Positions 53,803 to 63,776 are shown, numbered from the stretch's first letter. The stretch is 64,000 nt of DNA from Dehalococcoidales bacterium (GCA_034431095.1 DAOUDM010000035.1:844-64843); one strand, 5' to 3'. Translations and numbers: made by a program. Notes: a model not told the origin generated them from the letters alone.

Positions 53803-56469
53803 ATGGCAGAGACACAAAACGAAATGCCCAAAGCCTATGAGCCAGCCGATGTCGAGACTAAGTGGTATAAGTTCTGGCTGGAGAGGGACTACTTCAAGCC
53901 CAGGATAGACCCGAATAAGAAACCATTTGTCATCATAATGCCACCACCGAATGTCACTGGCGAGCTGCACCTGGGGCATGCCCTGACGGCAACCCTGGAA
54001 GACATAATGATACGCTGGCACCGTATGCTGGGTGAGCCGACCCTGTGGTTGCCCGGCGTCGACCACTCCGGCATCGCTGCCCAGGTGGTGGTGGAGAAAT
54101 TGCTGGCTGATGAGGGTATCGACCGGCATCAACTGGGTCGGGAGAAGTTCCTGGAAAGGATGTGGCAGTGGGCGAACAGCTGCCGGGAGACTATTTCCAG
54201 ACAGCACCAGCGGCTGGGAACATCCTGCGACTGGAGCCGGGAGACCTTTACCCTGGATGCGGGACCGAGCAAGGCGGTACGCACTGTTTTTACTAATCTT
54301 TACCATAAGGGGCTCATCTACCGGGGGGAGCGGATAATAAACTGGTGTCCCCGTTGCGCTACCGCCCTCTCCGATCTTGAGGTCGACCACCAGGAGCTAG
54401 TCGGCAACCTGTACTATGTCCGCTACCCGCTGGTTGAAGACGGCGATAAATACATTACCGTTGCCACCACCCGCCCCGAGACGATACTCGGCGATACGGC
54501 GGTAGCCGTTAACCCGGAAGATAAGCGGTTCCAGGCTATGCTGGGTAAAAAGGTCGTCCTGCCGGCGGTAAAAAGAGAGATTCCCATTGTGGCTGACGAG
54601 GCGGTAGACCCCAGTTTCGGCACCGGAGCCGTCAAAATCACCCCGGCTCATGACCCGGTGGACTTTGATGTTTCTCAACGGCAGGGACTACCGCTGGTAA
54701 ATATACTGAACCCCGATGCCACTATGAATGAAAATGCCGGCCCCTATGTCGGGCTTGACCGTTTTGCCTGCCGCAAGGCGATACTAGCCGACTTAGAAAG
54801 AGATGGGTATCTGGTAAAGACAGAGCCCTATTCACACTCCGTTGGCCACTGCCATCGCTGTCGCACCGTAATTGAGCCGATAGCCAGCAAGCAGTGGTTT
54901 GTGAAGACGGCGCCACTGGCAAAACCGGCTATTGAAGCCGTCACCGGCGGCAGGATAAAGATTATACCGGAGCGCTTCAACAAGGTATACCTCAACTGGA
55001 TGGAGAATATCCGCGACTGGTGCATCTCCCGCCAGCTATGGTGGGGGCACCGGATACCGGTGTGGTACTGCCGTAGCTGTGGTGAGCAGACGGTAAGCGT
55101 TGAGGATGCTACCGCCTGCCTCAGTTGTGGCTCGTCTGATATAGAGCAAGACCCCGATGTCCTGGATACCTGGTTCAGTTCGGCACTCTGGGCTCACTCC
55201 ACCCTGGGCTGGCCCGACGATACCGAGGACTTTCGCTACTTCTACCCGACCACGGTAATGGAGACCGGCTATGACATCCTCTTCTTCTGGGTAGCCCGGA
55301 TGATTATGATGGGGCTTGAGGATACCGGCGATATCCCCTTCAGCGTCGTCTACCTCCACGGGCTGATACGCGATGAAAAGGGAGAGAAGATGAGCAAGCT
55401 CCGGGGCAACGTGCTTAACCCGATTGACACCCTGGAGAAGTACGGCACCGATGCCCTGCGCTTTGCTCTGACCACGGGAACATCGCCGGGCAACGATATC
55501 AAGCTGGCGCCGTCGCGCCTGGAGGCGGGGCGTAACTTTGCCAATAAACTGTGGAACGCAACACGCTTCGTGCTCCGCAGTGCCAGCTCGTACAACGGCG
55601 ATATGAAAGTCAAACTGCCTTTAGAGTTAACTGAAGACCGCTGGATTGTGAGCCGGCTGAATGCCACCATAGCCGACGCTGACCGCCTGATGCGGGACTA
55701 TCAGTTCGGGGAGGCGCAACGACAGATTCACGATTTCCTCTGGGGCGAGTTCTGCGACTGGTATATCGAGATGGCCAAGATTCGCCTTGGTGCTGGTTTG
55801 GAGGCACCGTCACCGGTGCCGGTGCTAGCGCATGTCCTGGAGATATCGTTACGTCTACTCCACCCCTTTATGCCCTTCCTCACCGAGGAACTGTGGCAGA
55901 ATATCAGGGAGCGGGCGCCTGTTGGCGGGCAAAAGGCTGACTCGATAATGGTGGCTGCCTATCCGGAGGCAGATAAAACAGCCAGGGACGCGGAGGCGGA
56001 GCGGGTGATGGTGGCAATCATAGACATAATACACGCCATCCGCAATGCCCGGGCGGAAAACAAGGTAGAAGCAAGCCGTCAGATTGACGCCCGGATATAT
56101 GCCGGTGAGCTGAAAACGGCTATCGCCGCTCACACTCAGGCTATCCAGACCCTGGCTAGGGCAAGGGTTGCCGTCATCGACGCGGAGAAAGAAAGGACGA
56201 CTGAAAATGCCCTGGCACTGGTGTTGCCAGAAGCCGAGGTGGTGATACCGATGGCGAGCATGGTTGACCTCGAGGCGGAGAAGAAGAGGCTGTCGCAGGA
56301 GATAGAGCAAACCCAAGCCGAGGTTGCCCGTCTGGAGGTTATGTTAAACGATAAGGCTTTCCTGGCCAAAGCGCCGGCGGCTGTCGTTGATAAAGAGCGT
56401 GCCCGGCTGGCAGTCAGGAAGGACAACCTGAGAAGGCTTACCGAGCACCTTGACCGGTTGAAGTCTTAG
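53803..56469 (+). CDS. valS: Valine-tRNA ligase
   Basis: 888 aa. HIGH motif PPPNVTGELHLGH, KMSKS motif EKMSKLRGN, an editing-domain insertion and a C-terminal coiled coil. Confidence 0.97.
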   Translation: MAETQNEMPKAYEPADVETKWYKFWLERDYFKPRIDPNKKPFVIIMPPPNVTGELHLGHALTATLEDIMIRWHRMLGEPTLWLPGVDHSGIAAQVVVEKLLADEGIDRHQLGREKFLERMWQWANSCRETISRQHQRLGTSCDWSRETFTLDAGPSKAVRTVFTNLYHKGLIYRGERIINWCPRCATALSDLEVDHQELVGNLYYVRYPLVEDGDKYITVATTRPETILGDTAVAVNPEDKRFQAMLGKKVVLPAVKREIPIVADEAVDPSFGTGAVKITPAHDPVDFDVSQRQGLPLVNILNPDATMNENAGPYVGLDRFACRKAILADLERDGYLVKTEPYSHSVGHCHRCRTVIEPIASKQWFVKTAPLAKPAIEAVTGGRIKIIPERFNKVYLNWMENIRDWCISRQLWWGHRIPVWYCRSCGEQTVSVEDATACLSCGSSDIEQDPDVLDTWFSSALWAHSTLGWPDDTEDFRYFYPTTVMETGYDILFFWVARMIMMGLEDTGDIPFSVVYLHGLIRDEKGEKMSKLRGNVLNPIDTLEKYGTDALRFALTTGTSPGNDIKLAPSRLEAGRNFANKLWNATRFVLRSASSYNGDMKVKLPLELTEDRWIVSRLNATIADADRLMRDYQFGEAQRQIHDFLWGEFCDWYIEMAKIRLGAGLEAPSPVPVLAHVLEISLRLLHPFMPFLTEELWQNIRERAPVGGQKADSIMVAAYPEADKTARDAEAERVMVAIIDIIHAIRNARAENKVEASRQIDARIYAGELKTAIAAHTQAIQTLARARVAVIDAEKERTTENALALVLPEAEVVIPMASMVDLEAEKKRLSQEIEQTQAEVARLEVMLNDKAFLAKAPAAVVDKERARLAVRKDNLRRLTEHLDRLKS

Positions 56470-56861
56470 CTGCCGCCGGTATAGCTACGGCGGGGGTAGA
56501 AGATGAGTAAGGCGGCAACGAAGATGGCGTTCAGGACTAACCCGAACCATATGTGGCCAATTTCAATATAGCCCTGCCAGAGGGCGTATAGCGGTGTTAT
56601 AAACATCAGACTGGCCCACAAAATGGCGAACCTGACACTGTTGATGTTGCGTATCGGGTCAAGGAAGGTCATGGCGAACCAGACTCCGGCGGCAATGAAG
56701 GCACTGCCGGTAATAGCCATAAGATAGGACATTTGGTCATTCACAGCCCCGAAGCCGTACAGGTCGGCTATCCTGTCGGGGGCTACCAGGAGAATAATCC
56801 CTTGTGTTATGTATATAGCTCCATAGATAACCAGGGCTATCTTAAGGTTAAGGCTGCGCAT
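56466..56861 (-). CDS. Hypothetical integral membrane protein (4 predicted TM helices)
   Basis: 131 aa. MRSLNLKIALVIYGAIYITQGIILLVAP... GGAGGTAAATAG lies directly upstream of the ATG. Its 3' end overlaps the valS stop by 4 nt (convergent). Confidence 0.6.
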   Translation of the reverse strand: MRSLNLKIALVIYGAIYITQGIILLVAPDRIADLYGFGAVNDQMSYLMAITGSAFIAAGVWFAMTFLDPIRNINSVRFAILWASLMFITPLYALWQGYIEIGHIWFGLVLNAIFVAALLIFYPRRSYTGGS

Positions 56862-56981
56862 CTATTTACCTCCTAGCTTGGTGAGTGCCCCATGAGCACT
56901 TGCCTGATTAAGTCCAACCATAATCATTATCTGGGGCATTTTGGCATAGTCCCGAGCAATAGTCAATATTTACTGGCGTAA

Positions 56982-57716
56982 CTACCCTGTCCAGCCATAA
57001 ACTGCTGGCTGGTCGTCCCGGGCGATGGTGATGGCGTTGCCTCTTAGCCACTTGAGCGCCTTCTTGGTGTCGCTGGCGACCCTTGCCTTGTCGCAGTGCT
57101 CCAGGCGGTACTTGAACAGCCAGTAGGTGAACTCCTTTAGCTCGGTCAGGCTCGTAGACCTGCTCTTGGGGTAGCCCCTTTCCCGTCGGAACTGCTTCAA
57201 CAGCTCGGATTGGTTGGTGCCGTATATCCGGTAATAAGCCTCATCGGGCGGGCTGTGCTTCTTGCCCAGCCCCAGCGACCGCCTCTCCTTGTGCACCTCC
57301 TCCTCAACCGTCTGGATGAGGGCTTCTTCCACGGTAACGCCGTAGAAGTAGTTAAGGTATTGCTGGTACTTGTGACCGCCGATGGGTTTCTTAAACTCGT
57401 CGGCGGCAAGCTTGAGGGGCGGCTTGCCGTGGAAGAGGAGGGCCGTCTTCTCGTCCTCGGGCAACAAGCCGTCCACCTCCCGGCACAGGCGTTCGGCGAG
57501 CAACAGCCAGTCAAAGGCTTCGCCGCCGATGAGGTAGCGATACAGCCTGCCGTCTATGGTCTCTTCGGTGGTCTGCCACAGCCCGATAGCCTCCAGCAGA
57601 GCGATGTACCAGTGCCTGCCCGAAGCGATAGCCTCTTTGAGATGCCTCACCGCCTCCCCATCCGCCGGGGTGGGGTGAGGGGATTTATTTTGGAGCTGGT
57701 TAACTAGCTCTGTCAT
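56982..57716 (-). CDS. Hypothetical protein (244 aa), host-like GC, directly downstream of the OLD-family gene
   Basis: MTELVNQLQNKSPHPTPADGEAVRHLKEAIASGRHWYIALLEAIGLWQ... I recognise no motif. The protein is basic and aromatic-rich (YQQYLNYFYG, FTYWLFKYRLEHC). There is a 16-nt gap from the upstream stop. Confidence 0.6.
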   Translation of the reverse strand: MTELVNQLQNKSPHPTPADGEAVRHLKEAIASGRHWYIALLEAIGLWQTTEETIDGRLYRYLIGGEAFDWLLLAERLCREVDGLLPEDEKTALLFHGKPPLKLAADEFKKPIGGHKYQQYLNYFYGVTVEEALIQTVEEEVHKERRSLGLGKKHSPPDEAYYRIYGTNQSELLKQFRRERGYPKSRSTSLTELKEFTYWLFKYRLEHCDKARVASDTKKALKWLRGNAITIARDDQPAVYGWTG

Positions 57717-57732
57717 ATTGACAACCTGCGAA

Positions 57733-59586
57733 TCAATCTGCCACTTTCATTATCAAATCCTTTATTTCTTTGGGTATATCATCTTCCGACATTCTCTTTG
57801 CTACCTCTTGACCAATTGGGCGCTTCCAAAATGTTCTTGCCTTAGGAATCTTGAGTTTTTCATTCAGCAGCCGCTGAATCTCTTTAACCATACGCTCTTT
57901 TTTGTTTATATCATTTTCTGTAAGTTCTAGGCCAAAATTTTCATTTAGGACATGAATAAGAATTGGTGTCGGGTAGCAGTCTTCAATTGTGCCCTCTAAG
58001 ATGAGCCTGTGCTCCTCGTCTACTGACTGCTTAACTTTATCGCTTGCATGACTGTCTACTATTAAGAATACTGTAGTTTGAGCCTGTTTTATATAATCAC
58101 TTATGATATTTATTTTGCGCTTGTCATACTCCCCTTCAAGAACTTCAATTCTCACCTTTTTAATATCCACTTCCAGTCTTTCCGCCCAAATTGGCAACAC
58201 TCCTTCCTCCGTCTCGCCCGCTACAAATAAAATTTTGTTAGGATACCCCCTATCACTTGGTTCAGCTCCTAATAAACCGAAAGCCTCTTGCAGTTCCTTT
58301 TCTGTTTTTATCTCTTTAGCCTTTGCTTCTTTAGCCTTCTTTTCTAGGAACCAATTCTTACCAGCCTCTGACATTTTAACGAAGTACTCGGAATGGGTAG
58401 CTACAATAATTTGTTTCTTGGTTGCCCATTCCTTTAACAGTTTAGATACTCCTCTTGAAAGATTATGATGTAAGTGTGTTTCAGGTTCTTCAACAGCGAT
58501 GATAGGCTCATCAGCCGTATGAACTTGGTACACTAGACTGATAGCTTCTTGCTGACCGCCGCCAATGAGTTGGATAGGAAGACGCAAATTCCTTTCACGT
58601 GTGGATAATACGGGAACCGAATCCAGCCTTTGTCCGGTAAGCTTTTCAACGGCAGTTTCAATTTCATACCAAGCTCCGAAATCAGTTGAGTTTAGATTTT
58701 TGAGCGGCTCAATGATTGTGGATGTGTTAAGGAATGATGAGCGCTCTCCTGGTTCTACTCGTTCATCTCGTGTCGCTGGTATCAATTTCAGCTTACCTTT
58801 AATTTTCTCGGTAATCCTATTCTGAACGTATTGAAGCGTTTCACTAGTAACTAATGAAACCTCTCTGCCAAGAAAAGCATCAACATCCTCCTTTGCAGGA
58901 GGATTTTCTACGAGGTCAAATTCTTGATTAGCAGCCCAGACCTTGTAGTCTTCCCCGGGAAGCTGTTTAAAGGGAATCTGACCCTCACGGACTAAACTAT
59001 CGGTGTAATCATCCATGTGGTAAGCAATTTTATTCAAAACAACTAACCGATTGCCTATCAGGTTTGATTGGTTTGCGTTCGGGTCAAATAAGAAAGCTTT
59101 CACTTTGCCAGTTGGACGCTTAGTGGCTACTTTACCTATCGATTTGTTTAGCTCTTCTGGCGATACCACAGAGTTGTTTTTCACCAAAGGAACTTTCGCG
59201 ATATTTATTTGCACAGTCTCCCATGGTGCTTCTGGTTTTGTGATTTGCCTATGGATAGTAAGCTCCTTATAACTATCCCTATATTTTTCAATAACCTTAT
59301 CTAGCATATCCTCTGGAAATATGTCCCTGCACTCCTCCTCGTCTAGTACTATTTTGGCAATGAATTCTAATGGAACCTTCTTATTATGCCACGAAGTGTC
59401 TTCCTGTAGTATTGGGGAAGGTGAACCACCAACAATACTAAAGTCTTTAAAGAACAGGTATAAAGCTTCTAACATGCTCGTTTTTCCAGAACCATTTTCC
59501 CCAATCAAGGTTGTGTAGTTACCAAAGTCCACTTTTACTTCACGCAAACTTTTGTAGTTCTTTACTGTAAATTCGACTAAATTCAT
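57733..59586 (-). CDS. OLD-family ATP-dependent endonuclease (N-terminal ABC-type ATPase + C-terminal TOPRIM), class 1-like stand-alone gene
   Basis: 617 aa. Walker A LIGENGSGKTSMLEAL, Walker B-like IIAVEEPETHLHH, and H-loop VATHSEYF. TOPRIM-type acidic motifs are KILFVAGETEEGVLP, FLIVDSHASD and LILEGTIEDCYP. GC is about 33% in a sampled 60-mer. GGAGGT lies 6 nt upstream of the ATG. Confidence 0.85.
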   Translation of the reverse strand: MNLVEFTVKNYKSLREVKVDFGNYTTLIGENGSGKTSMLEALYLFFKDFSIVGGSPSPILQEDTSWHNKKVPLEFIAKIVLDEEECRDIFPEDMLDKVIEKYRDSYKELTIHRQITKPEAPWETVQINIAKVPLVKNNSVVSPEELNKSIGKVATKRPTGKVKAFLFDPNANQSNLIGNRLVVLNKIAYHMDDYTDSLVREGQIPFKQLPGEDYKVWAANQEFDLVENPPAKEDVDAFLGREVSLVTSETLQYVQNRITEKIKGKLKLIPATRDERVEPGERSSFLNTSTIIEPLKNLNSTDFGAWYEIETAVEKLTGQRLDSVPVLSTRERNLRLPIQLIGGGQQEAISLVYQVHTADEPIIAVEEPETHLHHNLSRGVSKLLKEWATKKQIIVATHSEYFVKMSEAGKNWFLEKKAKEAKAKEIKTEKELQEAFGLLGAEPSDRGYPNKILFVAGETEEGVLPIWAERLEVDIKKVRIEVLEGEYDKRKINIISDYIKQAQTTVFLIVDSHASDKVKQSVDEEHRLILEGTIEDCYPTPILIHVLNENFGLELTENDINKKERMVKEIQRLLNEKLKIPKARTFWKRPIGQEVAKRMSEDDIPKEIKDLIMKVAD

Positions 59587-59624
59587 AGTTTACCTCCATA
59601 AGTTATTTTTTATTATACTCCTCC

Positions 59625-62285
59625 TCACTTCCCACAGCACTTTTTAAACTTCTTGCCACTGCCGCAGGGGCAGGGGTCGTTTCTGCCCACTTTTTTGCCG
59701 GTTGTTCTTGGCGGCTTTTGTCCGTCCACGCCGCTGGCATCGGTGGTAGCTGCAGCTATTGCCGTTGCCGGCTTGGGGGGAGGGGTCCCCTTCTTTATGC
59801 CCAGCCGAAAGATGGCATGCGCCACGGAGTGCTGGATGGCGGCTAGCAGGTCCTGGAACATCTCGTGGCTTCTTTGCTTGTAGGCTACCAGCGGGTCACG
59901 CTGAGCCATAGCCTGTAGCCCGATGCCCTGGCGCATATACTCCATCGCCGTCAGGTGCTCCACCCACAGGCCGTCCATGGTGCGTAGCATCACCAGCCTT
60001 TCCAGCAGCCTCATGTTATCGGCGCCCATCTCCTCCTCCCGCCGCTGGTAGAGGGCGTGGGCTTGCTCCATCAGCTTCTCCTCGACCTGATTGGGTTGCA
60101 TCCGGGAGAGTGCCCGGGCGTTTATTTCCGGGGGCAGGGGGAGGATGGTAGCCACATCGGCGATAAGGCTGTCGAAGGGCTGGTCGTTTTCGTAGTCATT
60201 AAGGCGGGCGGCTGCTATATTCTTGATTTCCTCCCCGACCATCGACAGGATATTGGCTTTGAGGTCGGCGCCGCTCAGTATCTTCTTCCGTTCGCCGTAG
60301 ATAATCTCGCGCTGTTTGTTGATGACGTCGTCGTATTCCACCAGGTGCTTGCGCATATCGAAGTGGTAGCCCTCGACCCGCGTCTGGGCGCTCTCGATGG
60401 AGCGGCTGACCAGCCTGTTCTCGATGGGGGTATTTTCATCCATGCCGGCCCAGTCCATAATTCCCCTGATACGGTCGCCGCCGAAGCGGCGCATGATATC
60501 GTCTTCCAGGGAGACATAGAAGCGAGAGCTGCCCGGGTCTCCCTGGCGGCCGGCCCTGCCGCGGAGCTGGTTATCGATACGGCGCGCCTCGTGGCGCTCA
60601 CTGCCGATAACGTGCAGACCGCCGCGCTCGACTACCTTGTTGTGTGTCTCCTGCCACTTCAGCCACTCCGGTTTATTGTCGTTGTCCGGCTCCCTGCCGC
60701 CGAGGACGATGTCAACGCCGCGCCCGGCCATATTGGTGGCGACGGTGACCGCCCCCGGCTCTCCGGCCTGGGCGATAATATTGGCTTCCTTCTCGTGCAT
60801 TTTGGCATTGAGCACCTGATGGGGGATGCCCCTTCTTTTCAGCATTTCGCTCAGTCGCTCCGATTTCTCGATAGATACCGTGCCGATGAGCACCGGGCGT
60901 CCCTCTTTATGAATCTGCTCAATCTCGTTGACTTCCGCCTTGAACTTGGACTCCTCGTCTTTGTAGATCTGGTCGGGGTGGTCCTGCCTTATCATCGGTC
61001 GGTTGGTGGGGATGACCAATACCTCCAGCTTGTATATCTTGTGGAACTCCTCGGCTTCGGTGACGGCGGTGCCGGTCATGCCAGCTAGCTTGTCGTACAT
61101 ACGGAAGTTGTTCTGGATGGTGATGGTGGCATAGGTGCGGCTCTCCTGCTGTATCTTGACCCGCTCCTTGGCTTCTATTGCCTGGTGCAGTCCCTCGGAG
61201 TAGCGGCGCCCCAGCATCATACGCCCGGTGAACTCGTCGACGATGATAACCTGACCGTCCTTGACAACGTATTGCTGGTCTTTTTTATAGAACTCGCGGG
61301 CATTGAGGGCGTTTCTCAGGTGGCGCATCAGGTCGGCACTCTCCGGGTCGTAGAGGCTGGCCGACTTGAGTATCCCTTCACGCTTGAGTAGTCTCTCGAT
61401 GACGTTAAAGCCTTCATCGGTCGGCTCAGCGCTGCGCTCCTTTTCCTTGACCTCGTAGTCTACGCCCGGCTTCAAGCGCTGGATAAGGCGGGTGAATATC
61501 TGGTATCTCTGCCCTGCTTCTACGTCGGGGGCACTAATGATGAGCGGCGTGCGGGCTTCGTCGATAAGCAGGTTATCGACCTCGTCGACGATGGCGTAGT
61601 TGAGCTGTCGCTGGACACAGCGGGAAAGGTCAACCGCCATATTGTCCCGCAGATAGTCGAAGCCGAACTCGCTTGAGGTGCCATAGATTATATCCGCCTG
61701 GTAGGCCTCTTTGCGGGGAATGGGGCGGAAGTGGCGCCAGGGGTCATTCTCCTTGCCCGAATCGTATTTCGGGTCATATATGCAGGCTGGTGTATGCTCA
61801 TCAGGGCTCTGCATCGGGAAGACACTGGCGACGCTGACCCCCAGGGCGTGGTAGATAGGCCCCATCCAGTAGGGGTCGCGCCGTGCCAGGTAGTCGTTGA
61901 CGGTAACCAGGTGACAGCCGTTGCCGGTAAGGGAATTGAGGTAGAGGGGCAGGGTGGCGACCAGCGTCTTGCCCTCACCGGTCTTCATCTCGGCGATTTT
62001 GCCCTGGTGCAGGACGATGCCGCCGATGAGCTGTACATCGAAGTGGCGCTGGCCTAAAGTCCGCCGTGCCGCCTCGCGAACGGCGGCAAAGGCTTCCGGC
62101 AGAAGCTCGTCAAGCGAAGTACCATCTTTGAGCTGTCCCTTGAACCGGTCGGTCTTGCCCCGCAATTCGGCGTCGGTAAGATTATTAAATTCAGGCTCGA
62201 GCTCGTTTATACAGGCGACCAACGGCTCCAGTCTTTTGAGTTCCCTCTCGTTGGAATCGCGCAGTCCACCCAGCCATTTAAACAT
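59625..62285 (-). CDS. secA: Preprotein translocase ATPase SecA
   Basis: 886 aa. MFKWLGGLRDSNERELKRL..., Walker A MKTGEGKT, DEVDNLLIDEARTPLIIS, and C-terminal zinc-binding CPCGSGKKFKKCCG. Confidence 0.97.
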   Translation of the reverse strand: MFKWLGGLRDSNERELKRLEPLVACINELEPEFNNLTDAELRGKTDRFKGQLKDGTSLDELLPEAFAAVREAARRTLGQRHFDVQLIGGIVLHQGKIAEMKTGEGKTLVATLPLYLNSLTGNGCHLVTVNDYLARRDPYWMGPIYHALGVSVASVFPMQSPDEHTPACIYDPKYDSGKENDPWRHFRPIPRKEAYQADIIYGTSSEFGFDYLRDNMAVDLSRCVQRQLNYAIVDEVDNLLIDEARTPLIISAPDVEAGQRYQIFTRLIQRLKPGVDYEVKEKERSAEPTDEGFNVIERLLKREGILKSASLYDPESADLMRHLRNALNAREFYKKDQQYVVKDGQVIIVDEFTGRMMLGRRYSEGLHQAIEAKERVKIQQESRTYATITIQNNFRMYDKLAGMTGTAVTEAEEFHKIYKLEVLVIPTNRPMIRQDHPDQIYKDEESKFKAEVNEIEQIHKEGRPVLIGTVSIEKSERLSEMLKRRGIPHQVLNAKMHEKEANIIAQAGEPGAVTVATNMAGRGVDIVLGGREPDNDNKPEWLKWQETHNKVVERGGLHVIGSERHEARRIDNQLRGRAGRQGDPGSSRFYVSLEDDIMRRFGGDRIRGIMDWAGMDENTPIENRLVSRSIESAQTRVEGYHFDMRKHLVEYDDVINKQREIIYGERKKILSGADLKANILSMVGEEIKNIAAARLNDYENDQPFDSLIADVATILPLPPEINARALSRMQPNQVEEKLMEQAHALYQRREEEMGADNMRLLERLVMLRTMDGLWVEHLTAMEYMRQGIGLQAMAQRDPLVAYKQRSHEMFQDLLAAIQHSVAHAIFRLGIKKGTPPPKPATAIAAATTDASGVDGQKPPRTTGKKVGRNDPCPCGSGKKFKKCCGK

Positions 62286-62286
62286 G

Positions 62287-62508
62287 TCAATCTGCCTCGA
62301 TCAGCCTCCTGGCTTCATCGGCTGCTTTTTCTGGGACCATAACCCTGACCTCACCCATGCCGTCTACGGTAAAGGCATGCACCGAACTGGCGGCGTGCGA
62401 CTTAAACAGGCAGGGTATCCCGTTGCTTTCCAGCAAGCCTTTGATAACCTGTGCTTCCAGCTCGCCTTTAGCCTTATATACCTCTATCATCTTCTGCTGG
62501 TTACTCAA
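62287..62508 (-). CDS. DUF2007-like small protein (putative signal-transducing / PII-like fold)
   Basis: 73 aa. MIEVYKAKGELEAQVIKGLLESNGIPCLFKS...EARRLIE pattern. It is tightly packed between prs (8-nt overlap) and secA (1-nt gap). Confidence 0.6.
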   Translation of the reverse strand: MSNQQKMIEVYKAKGELEAQVIKGLLESNGIPCLFKSHAASSVHAFTVDGMGEVRVMVPEKAADEARRLIEAD

Positions 62509-63439
62509 AGAGAGCCCCGACCGATTGTCCGGTATGAATGCGGTGTATAGCCTCGCCCAGCAATGGTGCTATGGGCAGGATGGTGATTTTATCCAGCGTT
62601 CTCTCTCCGTTGACGGGGACGGTATCGGTAACCACTACCTCCCTGACCGGGGAAGAGACTATCCTCTGGATAGCCTGCCCGGAAAATATCGGGTGGGTGC
62701 AGCAGGCGTATACTTCCCTGGCGCCACACTCTATCAGTGTGGCGACGGTATTTACCAGCGAGCCGGCGGTATCTATTTCGTCGTCCACGGTAAGGGCGAT
62801 TCTGCCCTTTACGTCGCCGATAACGTTCAGCGTTTCTATCTGGTCTTTATTACCGAAGCGCCTTTTTTCCATGATAGCCAGTGGCGCATCGAGGCTGTGT
62901 GCTAGGTCCCGCGCCCTCTTGGTGATACCGATATCGGTGGCGACCACGACTAGATTGTCCAGTTTTTTCTTCTTGAAGTAGCTGCTCAGGATATTGAGGG
63001 CGGTGAGCTCGTCGACCGGTATATTGAAGAAGCCCTGTATCTGGGCGGCGTGCAAATCGACGGTCAGCAGGCGGTTGGCTCCGGCTACGGTCAGCAGGTC
63101 GGCTATCAGGCGGGCTGTTATCGGCACCCGGGGCTGGTCTTTCTTATCGGTGCGGGAATAGCCATAGTAGGGAACGACGGCGGTAATGCGCCCGGCCGAA
63201 GCCCGTTTCAGGGCGTCCAGCATGATGAGCAACTCCACCAGGTTCTGGTTGACCGGTGAGGAGATGGGCTGAATAACAAAGGTGTCGCGTGAGCGCACGT
63301 TTTCCATAATGCGGACGAAGATATTTTCGTTACTGAACTGGAAGACCTCGCATTTGCCCAGCGGTATTTTAAGGTAATCGGTGACCGCCTTGGCCAGGGT
63401 GGGGTGGGCGTTGCCGGTAAACACCTTTAATTCATCCAT
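62501..63439 (-). CDS. prs: Ribose-phosphate pyrophosphokinase
   Basis: 312 aa. LKVFTGNAHPTLA..., PYYGYSRTDKK, and PRPP-binding loop LTVDDEIDTAGS. Confidence 0.95.
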   Translation of the reverse strand: MDELKVFTGNAHPTLAKAVTDYLKIPLGKCEVFQFSNENIFVRIMENVRSRDTFVIQPISSPVNQNLVELLIMLDALKRASAGRITAVVPYYGYSRTDKKDQPRVPITARLIADLLTVAGANRLLTVDLHAAQIQGFFNIPVDELTALNILSSYFKKKKLDNLVVVATDIGITKRARDLAHSLDAPLAIMEKRRFGNKDQIETLNVIGDVKGRIALTVDDEIDTAGSLVNTVATLIECGAREVYACCTHPIFSGQAIQRIVSSPVREVVVTDTVPVNGERTLDKITILPIAPLLGEAIHRIHTGQSVGALFE

Positions 63440-63511
63440 CGGTTTTACTCCCCTCTAAAATGGCTTTTAGCTTGCTTCAGACATATTTATTATAGCATTA
63501 TTTCCCACCAA

Positions 63512-63770
63512 CCTCACCTCTTTCTTAAAGGGCGGCGGGTGGGTATAGATAATAAAGAAAGAAATTACTATTCATAACAACCTCTCCCTCTTAGTCCCCC
63601 TCTCCTTGTAAGGAGAGGGGGAGATATAGAAAGAGGGGCTTCGCCCCTCTTGGACTCCCGACTTTTCTATTTGGAGTATTGTGATATTAACAATCTTCCC
63701 TCTCCCTTTGTTAAAGGGTGAGGGATAAAGGGTGAGGGATTTCATAATAGGGATAAAGGGGATAGGGTTC
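63512..63770. repeat. G/C-rich hairpin-module cluster, locus F
   Basis: 63520-63558 is the inverted copy (37 of 40) of locus E 53649-53688. 63596-63659 (CCCCCTCTCCTTGTAAGGAGAGGGGGAGATATAGAAAGAGGGGCTTCGCCCCTCTTGGACTCCC) matches locus C 33504-33568. 63696-63749 matches locus D 40007-40060. 63751-63769 matches locus C 33807-33825 at 19 of 19. Confidence 0.9.
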
Positions 63771-63776
63771 TAAACA

